64,000 nucleotides of DNA from contig NC_133620.1 in assembly GCF_048593235.1 (NCBI RefSeq), forward strand, positions 476,254,865-476,318,864. The letters are read 5' to 3'. How positions within the stretch are numbered: the first letter of the stretch is position 1; each line of letters begins with the position of its first letter. This document shows, piece after piece, positions 55,301 to 64,000 of the stretch. The DNA comes from Sminthopsis crassicaudata. Taxonomy: Eukaryota. Position numbers and translations under genes: made by a program. The notes below the pieces were generated by a model, which did no database searches, had not been told where the DNA came from, and was given only the letters and a program-made list of their open reading frames with translations.

Positions 55301-56896
55301 CTAACACACAGTGCTTTGTAAGGACCACACAAGAGGAGGCCGGTGGGAAGGTCAGCATCCGACCACCACAAACAACCTGCAGCGGGGCCCCGTGAGCCTC
55401 TGTGAACCTCCCAGCTCTTCAGAGGGACGGGGCAGATGAGCTTCCGGCTTGTGCTGACTTCAGAGCTTTCGGCCCGTAGGCACATCGGGTTTTCTTGACT
55501 CCAGCTGACAGAAGTGCAGAATTCGTCACATCTGTCCTTTCTTACTGCACAATCACACGCCAGGGCGGTCCTGTACTCCCATGTTCCCAATTCTTTGGTG
55601 TCACAAAAAAGTGCCGTTCCGCATCCTGGCGTCTGTGGGGTTTCTCTAAATAACCGTTTTGGTCACGGGGTCAAGAGACGTCGGTCTTGTGTGTGGAGCA
55701 GCCAGGAGGCCGAGTCCCCGGGCCCAAGAGCACCTCTGTGGGGGGTAGGAAGGGCCGTGTGGGAGGCGCAGTGGCGCCTGCTGCGCACGAAGGCCGCGTG
55801 ATCAGTACCGGGCCTTTGGTGGCCGCCGTGGACGGGGGGCGGGGGGAGAGCGCTGGGGCAGGCGGGGGGAGAGGAGGGCCTGCTCCATGTGGCACCCTGC
55901 TGGATCTGGAGGTGGGGAGAGTGCGGGCCTGGACGACTGGGGGTATGGGTGCCCCCACAGTGGGAGGGCTGTGAAAATGATTCCTGGTTCAGACGGTGGA
56001 GTTCAAGGTGTCTGCTGGCTGGGAGGCAGTTGGAAAGTCGAGACTGGAGTCAGCACAGAATCTGAGGCAAGAAAGGAGGGGTGAGGAAGGGAGGAGAGAG
56101 CGGGGGAGGAGATGGCCGGGAGAACGGGGACCAAGAAAGGGCCCCGGCCTCGGTCACTGCAGACGTCCCGGAGGGGGGCGAGAAGCCGGGCTGGAAGGCA
56201 GCGAGAGCGAGGCTCCGGTCTGGAGAGAGGCAGGCCGGTGAGACGGCAGGGGGCGATGCTTCTCCTCTGGCTCCTCTTTCATTCCGCCACGCGTGTTCAC
56301 AGGCGCGTTCCTTCCACTCTATTTAAGGAGACAAAAGCCCTCCAACTTTCCGGCTTGTCTGGGGTCACAGGTGGCCTGGCTCCTTGGTCCCTGGTCACTT
56401 TTCCCCCTCTCCGAGCCTCTCCAGACTCTCTCAGGACAGGTCCATCCCGTAGATCTCGCTCCTCCCTTCTGGCCTCTCCCCTTCATTTCCTTAATTCTCA
56501 GGGGGACGATCAAGGAGCCGGACCCCCCACAGGGAAGTTCTGTTTGCAGAAGACTGAGCGCAGTCGCCACCTTTGCCCATCTCAATCCTGGCGTTAATAG
56601 CCTTGGCAGGCGGACGACCTCACTCCACGCGCGGCGCAGTCCCCAGGAGCGATTTTTCCCGTGTGACGACGGACTCCTTGACCTCCAGAGCTTGGGCTAT
56701 CCCTGGCCCGGCCTCTATGGCTCAGCACCAGGAGCGGGCGGCGGCAGGGGGCACAGGGCGTTACGGGATTTTAGTGCGATTCAAAAGACGAATTTCGAGT
56801 CATTTTAAATGTTTTTAATGTGCTTTTGAAAATCTTACTTTACAAGGCAACTCGTCTTCCTGTCACCAATCTTTCAATACAAAAATCTTACAAGGC

Positions 56897-56902
56897 TTTA
56901 TT
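56897..56902 (-). terminator. DIP2A: Candidate DIP2A poly(A) signal
   Basis: + strand TTTATT reads AATAAA on the minus strand, at the end of a ~1.6-kb 3'UTR with AU-rich blocks. Confidence 0.65.
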
Positions 56903-58461
56903 TGCTATAAAACTACAACATCGAGTTGGGGTCAGGGCGTCCTTTTCCCTCGCCAGCCATCCCCTTCTAAGGAACGTCCGTTAGTCCACCGCTAAGACCG
57001 CTGGGCTTCAAATAATAAGTTATCCAATTCTGTACATAATTACACTAGGTCATTAGAGGTTTAATAAGCATTTGTATCATACACCACAGTCGAACACCGT
57101 GAGGGCAAACAGAACTGCTCTCCGGGGCCGCTCTGGTGGCCAGTAAGGGAAGGACTCTACAATCGGCCCGCCGCGTCAGTGAGGCTCATTTGGTTTGACT
57201 GCTGCAACCTGGAGAACCACCGGCTTTCTTAGGCACTGATCCGGGCAGACTCACTCACCCCGCCGAGAAACCTGGCGCTCTGGGAGCACGCGCGTCAGAC
57301 GCCCCGGCCCCCAAACCTCGCCTTTTAGAACATTAATTTTTAGTAGCGTATAAAAATAATCTATTTGCTGGACTCGTGTCCGTCTTCAAACTCTCAGAGT
57401 GGCTGAAGGATTCCCCCTTCTTGCTCTGATGCCCCTTCGCTGCAGCCGTCTCTCAGGCCGACATTCCAGCTGGCGAGTCGAGGGGGCGCCCGAGGCACGG
57501 GCTCGGAGCAGAGCCACGTCCCACGGCAAAGCGGGTACAGCAGCAGCGAGAGGGTCAGCCCGCCCGTATGTGTGCGTGTGCGTGTGTCTGCGAGACAAGG
57601 TTTCCCAGAGCTTCCACGGGGGGACGCTGGAAACACGAAGGCCGTTTCCAGGCGGGCCCCCAGCCCGAAGCCTCAGATCTCAGGGGTCTGGAAAGGAACA
57701 AGCACCCCCCAAATTCCTGTGTGGACAATAATTTTCCCAACAAACATCGTGTCATGAGGATGAACAACTGTCACGCGAAGTTCCAGACCCGAGCAGAGGG
57801 GGCGGAAGCCCCTCCACGGGGAAGCTGAGTGCGAAGGCTTCTCCTCGGACCGGTCCAATATGGCACTATTAGTAAGGATTAGTAACTTGGATTATGGAGA
57901 ATTCACTTCTGAAGGGTTTCCGTACGGTAACCGAGAAACAAGAGTGGGCGTTCGGGGAAGCGGCTGCTGCAGCGGGGGCCAGGACGCCCGGGTCCCAGCG
58001 CCGACTCTGCCGCTTCCCCTTTCTGGGCCCACTTCCACCCTTTACAAGGAGGAGGTTATGCTGGTTTGCTTCTCTGGTCCCTTCCAGATGTGACGGCGGA
58101 CGACTGGGTCTGCTCCACGGGGCAACAACCCCACGCAGAAGCAGGGATCGCGTCTCCGATGGTGAAAACATGTGCAAAAACACTCAGGATACAGTAGAGA
58201 GCAAAGCCCGGAGGCACGTGCCAGTGCCAGCCCCTCCCTCCCCACTGGCACGACACAGCGGGGCCCACCCCTCCCCCGCCTGCCCAGGGCCCCAAACTGG
58301 TGGCATCTGGATGGCTCCGGGGCCCTCTCCTCAAAGAATTCCCCAGTTTGGTCCCGCCAATCGTCAGGGCAAAGTGGCAGAGAGGACCCCCCGGGGGGCT
58401 TTGGCTCCGAGCAGGGTGTGCGGGACGCCCGGGATCTCAGTGCCGGGCCCCGGCCCCGCCT

Positions 58462-58714
58462 TCACATGTTGTAGGCCACGTAAATGGGGTCCAGCTGGTC
58501 GGCCAGGAATCCATCCCGCAAGTGCATACGCTGCTTTTCCCCCCGAGAATTGATGGGGATGACTCCGGGGTCCACGATGACCACCACGCCCACGATGAGA
58601 AAGTGCTCCTCGAGAACCACGTTGGTCACCAGCGCCACCAAGTCCAAGGCCTCCTGCTCGGGGCCTTCCAGCTCCACCACCACCACCAGCAGGTTGGTCC
58701 ATGTAAACACGGCA
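58462..58714 (-). CDS. DIP2A: DIP2A last coding exon
   Basis: AVFTWTNLLVVVVELEG...DPIYVAYNM*. Confidence 0.97.
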
Positions 58715-61700
58715 CTGGGAGAGGGAACAGAACCAGTCAGCCACGGCCCACGGCGCTCCGGGGGAGCCGAGCAAGGGGGCGGAGGCCCCGACGAAAGGGA
58801 CAGTGAAAGCCCAGGAAGGGCCACCCAGGGGCCCTTTGGTTTCTCCCCCTGCCAGAAGGATCCCCTGAGGCACACCCCGCGGCTGCAGGCCCTGGCTCTG
58901 GGGCCCGCCCTTACCACTCGGCAATGCTCTTGTGGGCCCTGATCACCGAGGTCTCGATGTCGATCGGGTGGTACCGCATGCCCCTCAGCTCCAGGGTCTC
59001 ATCCAGAGAGCCGACCACATACAGGGCGTCGTGCCTCTCTGCGGAAAGGAGACCCCCCCGAGTCACAAACCCCCCTCGCTCCTGGAGCTCAGGACGAAGA
59101 GCGGGTCTCTCCAGCGGCCCAAAGGCCGGCAGGGACTTGGCTCCAATGGCCTCGGCATTTCTGCCTCTGCCCGATGCGGCGGCAAACACACCCAGAGCGA
59201 GGGCCGCCTTCGTTCTCCCTTCCTTAACGTAAAAGGAGCTGCTGTTCTGCTGCGGCTTTGCGTGCCCAGGGCCGGGGACACAGGAGGCGCCTCATAAAGG
59301 CTCAAAGGCTCAAGGGGCATTGATTTTCCCTAAAGGGAGGGGAGCCGGTCTCACTACGGTGTGAAGGGGAGAAGCCTTGATGCATTTTTATCTTCCAGGG
59401 TCTAGAGGAGGCTCCGGTTGGTTGCCCCTTTCTCTCTGGCCCGCCCGGACCCTTGGCTGTGCTCCCCAAGCTCAGGGCTGGCAGTCGGGCTGCCCCCCCC
59501 CCCCTTACCTCCACTGGCATCGGTGAGATCCGTTCTCCGGAGAAAGCCCAGGTAGCCCGTCCTGGCCCAGATGGTCTGGGTGTCTCCAAAGCTGAGCCGG
59601 GCACTGAAGTGGTCAGCATGCAGAGACTCTTCCCCGTAGACCGTGTAATAGCCCGTGGCGTTGTGTGGACTGCTCACCCAGATCTAGGGAAGGGCACGGC
59701 AGACTCAGCAGCCTGCGGGCACTGGCCGTGGCACCCAAGGGACCGAGGCAGCAGGGGAAGGAGACCAAAGGGGATCCGTCCGGCCTCCACAATTTGGGGA
59801 ACTGGGCAGCCCTGGCTTTTGTACCAGGCTGCTAGAGAGCTGGCCCGGGGGATGAAGGGACCCGGTGGGCCCCACTCCCAGCCTCGACCACCTCAGCACC
59901 GACCACGTGGAAGCTCCTTCCGCACACTCAGTGCACAGTGGGTTAGCTTTGGAACAGGCGGCAGCCCCGGGGGTCCCAGAGCTCCCCATAATCCCCTGGA
60001 AGGAGAATCAAGCAGCCCTGATGCACGTTTCACCCCCTAATTGGCTAAAGAACGCCTACTGCAGGTGAGCCCGCACCAAATGGAAATCGGGGCAAATAGA
60101 GGGTGGGAACAAAGAAGCGTTTCTTTCCAGAAACGAAGGCTGTGCTGAACTCTCAGCGCCTCTCACTTCTGGACCCTGAAGTCCCGGGTGCCCGTGACCT
60201 TCCCCAGCCTCATTTGCCGCTTCTCTGCCCCCGTGCCAGGATCCCTGCGGCTCCCCGAGGGGCCTCCCTCACCACCTGTCCTGCCGGGCCCCACATGGCC
60301 CCCTCAACACTGGCTCAGAGTCCTGGGTGTCCCAAGGCTTTCTCTGCTCCCTTTGGTCCAGAAGCAGCTCCTGAGAAGGGAGTGCCCTCTGGAGCTGGCA
60401 CCAGGCCTGGCACAGACCTCAGAAATGTCTCCTGGGTGGAACGAACCAGCATCTGAAGGGAAAGAGCTCTTCCCTCCCTCCCTGGCCTCCCACAAGACTG
60501 TGCCAGGCTGGGCCCTGTCAGCGACTCTCTCCAAGGTACGGACCCAGGCCAGCGGCTTATCTCCCCTTCCCCCACTGGGCTGAGGAACAATGGACCTAGG
60601 CACCTTTGGGGGGCCACAGCTGAGGGACGGCAGCACCCCGGGCTGAGGGCTGTGATCTGGAGCCCCCCAGAGGACATGACCTGCGCCCTAGTCCCCCTCC
60701 TCAGCCCCCAAAGCCAATCTCACCTCACCCAGGTGGGAGTCGCCGAGGGGGCCCTTCGTTTCCGTGTGAGCGATGATGACTTTGACCCCGGGAAGGATCT
60801 GCAAGTAAAAGAGCCCGTCCTTGTTTGCAGAGGAGGCCCCGAGGCCCCGGGCAGCGCCCTGACCCCGGTGACCGGCGGCCGCCCTCCTGAGCAGAGGGGT
60901 CCCCGCAGGCGCCATCGGCGCCCCTCGCCCTCCATGCCCTCTTGGGCTTACTAGGGAGCGGGCTGCTCGAGAGCCAGGCCTGCCGCGTTCTCGCCGCTGC
61001 CCCTGGGACCTAGCACACAGTGGGCACTTCATGAGAGCTCGCTGCTTTGCTTTGAGGTAGTGCAGCCCATGGCTCCCTCCTGAGTTTTGCCACATTAATT
61101 GGCAGTCTGGAGTCCCGAGTTCAAATCCTGCCTTCTCCCTCTCCAGGGAGTGTCCTGGGTGACTGCCCACACGCCTCTTGACTAAAGTTGTTAGACTCTC
61201 CCGAGCCGGGCCCCCTGCCCAGCCCCTCCTGGCCGTCCTTCGGGCCTGCAGGGGACTCTCCCAGCCATCTCGCAAAGCGCCCCCTAAGCCGCGGTGCGGA
61301 CAGCGGATTCTGCGGGAAGCTGCCCGAGTCACCGGACCCGTCTGGAGCCGTCTCCCCCAGTAAGAGCGGAAGCTCCGGGAGTCCGAGCGCCGTGTCCCCC
61401 GCTGCGCCCTCAGCCCAGGGCCGGGGTTCAGAGAGCTGCACAAGGGGCTGCGAGGAGGATCAGCGGGCGGAAGGGTCAAGTGCCAAATTAAGGTGCCATG
61501 GGACCCGCTGGGGTTTAGAGGCCGAGGCAAGGCCGGCTGGCGGCCGAGGGGACCAGAGTGCTGGGGGTGCTGGGGACCGGAAAGAGCAAAGTTTGGGGGC
61601 AAGGTCCATGCATCCAATCACTGCCCAGTGCTCACCCCACAGGGCAAAGCTGACCTGCCTTCAATTCGCCTGTTTACTCCCATGGCACTTAACAGCCCCT

Positions 61701-63660
61701 GGGGGGGGTCTCTGCTCTGGCTGTCGAGGGGAGGGGGGCCCCTTCACAGAGGATGGGGGAGGGAGGCGTTCGCAGAAGAGACGGATGGCTCACAAGGCCC
61801 AAGCCCCCTGAAGCCAGCCCAGGGCCTGCTGGGAAAGATGCTGAGCACGCTCTTACCTTTCCAGACTCCATCAAGGGTAAACTGTGGGGAGAGCCCCGTT
61901 CCACCAGGCGCACCCTAAAGTGAACAAGAGAGGGCGCTGCTCTAACGTTCGGGCCACGTATTCAAGCACCCTCGAAAAACGCGATCCTCAAATAGGCTAC
62001 AATCACAAGGGCGGCCGCGTTCCACGCCAGGAAGGCCGGGGCCGGGGCCTCCTTGGCACAGCCTCCGAGTGGGGGTGGCAGACGCCATCTCCGTGGCCTC
62101 CTCCCTTGGCCCCCACGTGGCCCCCAGGCCAGAGGAAGGAGGGCGGGCCTACCTGTCATGGCGCAGTGCCCGCATGTCGACGTACACCGTGGTGGGGTCA
62201 GGGCCGGCGGTGCCCTGGGGACAAAGGAAAGCGAGGCTTGAATCAAGGCTCCCCAGGATCCATCTTCTTATGTAACCCGAAACCAGGCCCTTCACCCCTC
62301 CAAGGACAGAGAGGACTGAAAGCGTGGAAGGGCCCGCGCCCCTCGGACCCTCGCAGGCCAGCCCACAGCACGGGGCGGCTTCGAGGGCCGCGAAGGTGCC
62401 CCTGACCCGGGTGGCTCTCGAGGGACTGGCGCCCAGAGTGGGGCTCGGGCCCGCCACGTGCCCGAGCATCACCGGGGGAGGCCCCTCAGATTGCCGCAGA
62501 AGGGTCTGTTTTCTCTGGGCACGAGCACGGCCATCTCGCCCTAAGAACGCGCAGGCGGGAGGCCGGACGTGGTCCGATGGAAACCAGCAGCCTCTCCCCC
62601 CAACCCCCCACGAGCATTTCAGAGCCCGGGCGGGCGGTCTGAGACCCAGGGGGCCGACGGGCGGGGCGGGGCGCGGCACATGCACACACGTCACCGTACC
62701 TGCTCAGCCAGCTTTCCCAGCCTGTTGGGCTGACAGAGGGGCCACAAGCAGAAGGAGCAGAGGTCAGCAAAGGGGAGGGACAGAGGAGAAAGCCCAAAGG
62801 AAAAGACAGGAAGGCAACAGGGAACAGGAGACACACAGTCAGAGAGGACCAGGGCGTCTCCCGCTAGATCCGGCTCAAAGCGCCGGGCAGCCCACGGGAA
62901 CGCCCAGGACATCCAGGCCAGACGGGAACACTGGGGGGGCCGGCCCGCTTCCGGCCTCGGACACAGACGTCTCCGGGAAACGGCACAGGGAACACGGACT
63001 CAGACTGGCAGCCGCTGCGCCGGGCCCGCCCCCCCTTCCCAAGGGGCCTCCCCCGGTGGCCACGAGCCACCAGAACGAGTGGCCGGCTTGAAGGCTTCTA
63101 CCCAGAATCCCGTCAAGTCCGCAGAAAGGGGCCTGGGGCCCGGCTTCTGCCCACCCCTTCAGACAAGTCTTGGCGAGCCGCCCAAAGTCCGGCGCTCGTA
63201 GACTAGGGATCATGAAATATTAAAGAGCAGGAGGGAAGGAAGAGGAGAAACTGAGGAAGCGGAACGAGAAAGGCCTTTAAGACCAAGGCAACTGGCAAAC
63301 CTGCTGAAAAAGGGCTAATTCTGATCGTCTCTGATTTCCTGGTCTGAGGAAGACCTCAGGGCAGGGGGGACCCTCGAGTTCGGGAGCCCTCCCAACCCCA
63401 TCCTCCCATGGTCCAAGAAGCCCAGGGTCAGGCCCGTTTCCCGGGACCCCGGGGGCTGCCGAATGGAAGCGTTTCTGGGCCCACCTCACCTGGAGGCAGA
63501 TGGCGACGTTCACTCGGCACCCAAAGGTGGTGCTCACGGCGCGCGCGGACAGGCCCAGGTCCTTGAACAGCTTGGAGAAGGACTGGGTGAGCGCGATCCG
63601 GGGCCGCTCCTCCGCAACCACCATGCAGGTGCGCACGCAGGACAGGTTCACGCTTTTGGC
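58462..63660 (-). CDS. DIP2A: Disco-interacting protein 2 homolog A, 3' part (gene continues beyond the window)
   Basis: Exons (minus strand) 63660-63490, [62729-62700 microexon], 62214-62153, 61914-61857, 60798-60724, 59683-59509, 59038-58915, 58714-58462. Phases are consistent. Translation ...VNLSCVRTCMVVAEERPR...GTAGPDPTTVYVDMRALRHDR VRLVERGSPHSLPLMESGK ILPGVKVIIAHTETKGPLGDSHLGE IWVSSPHNATGYY...DPIYVAYNM* is the DIP2 C-terminal adenylate-forming domain. Residues such as IIAHTET, plus linkage to S100B and PRMT2, favour DIP2A. Confidence 0.95.
58915..59038 (-). CDS. DIP2A: DIP2A exon (RHDALYVVGSLDETLELRGMRYHPIDIETSVIRAHKSIAEC)
   Basis: AG/GT flanks, 124 nt. Confidence 0.97.
59509..59683 (-). 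CDS. DIP2A: DIP2A exon (IWVSSPHNATGYY...TDASG)
   Basis: AG/GT flanks, 175 nt. Confidence 0.97.
60724..60798 (-). CDS. DIP2A: DIP2A exon (ILPGVKVIIAHTETKGPLGDSHLGE)
   Basis: AG/GT flanks, 75 nt. Confidence 0.96.
61857..61914 (-). CDS. DIP2A: DIP2A exon (VRLVERGSPHSLPLMESGK)
   Basis: AG/GT flanks, 58 nt. Confidence 0.96.
62153..62214 (-). CDS. DIP2A: DIP2A exon (GTAGPDPTTVYVDMRALRHDR)
   Basis: AG/GT flanks, 62 nt. Confidence 0.96.
62700..62729 (-). CDS. DIP2A: Candidate DIP2A 30-nt cassette microexon (PNRLGKLAEQ)
   Basis: Phase 0-0 between two phase-0 junctions. Long pyrimidine tract with CTGAC branch point, acceptor TGTCAG, donor CAG|GTACGG. Confidence 0.7.
63490..63660 (-). CDS. DIP2A: DIP2A exon (AKSVNLSCVRTCMVVAEERPR...VNVAICLQ)
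   Basis: AG/GT flanks, 171 nt. Confidence 0.97.
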
Positions 63661-64000
63661 CTGTGGGGGAGGAAGCGGCCGTGATTCGGGCCGCAGGGCT
63701 GCTCTGCACCGGCCGGGCGGCACCCGCGGGCTTCCTCGAGGGCGGGGACGAGGTGACCCTGAAGCTTAACCCCAGGCCCTAAGTGTGCCCTTCGACCCGA
63801 AGGGGAAAGGACCCCCGTGTGCAAAGGGGTCTGTAGCAGCTCTTTCTGCGGCGGCAGAGAACTGGGGGACGGCCGGACGAGTTCCAGAGTGGGAATGGAA
63901 GAGAACATCCTTGTGTGAAGACTTCAGGAGGGCCGGGGAGTTCTGCACGAACGGTGCCGAGAGAAACGGGCGGCCCAGGAGATCCGGCTGCACGGCCGCA

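Overview
GC-rich mammalian genomic window, almost certainly from a marsupial and probably a dasyurid, judged from WSINE1/MAR1-type CORE-SINEs, marsupial-type L1 and an RTE fragment. It has six N-gaps. Five protein-coding loci can be rebuilt from splice sites and translation. (1) SPP2 (+, 8 coding exons, 8602-19512, 198 aa). (2) An unnamed LRR type-I membrane protein with an uninterrupted CDS (+, 23289-24347, 352 aa). (3) S100B (-, CDS 29661-27015, 92 aa, non-coding exon 1 near 31450). (4) PRMT2 (+, 10 coding exons, 47768-52656, 448 aa). (5) The 3' part of DIP2A (-, 63660-58462, including a 30-nt microexon). Main points of interest: the LRR-TM gene has no counterpart that I know of beside SPP2 or S100B in human or mouse; SPP2 (human 2q37) is linked to the S100B/PRMT2/DIP2A block (human 21qter), with S100B-PRMT2 inverted relative to DIP2A; SPP2 intron 6 holds a decayed antisense gene-like segment with weak HJURP-like motifs; the last SPP2 exon contributes only the stop codon; and a PRMT2 intron carries a ~24-copy minisatellite. 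All homology calls are by-eye recognition, not database searches.
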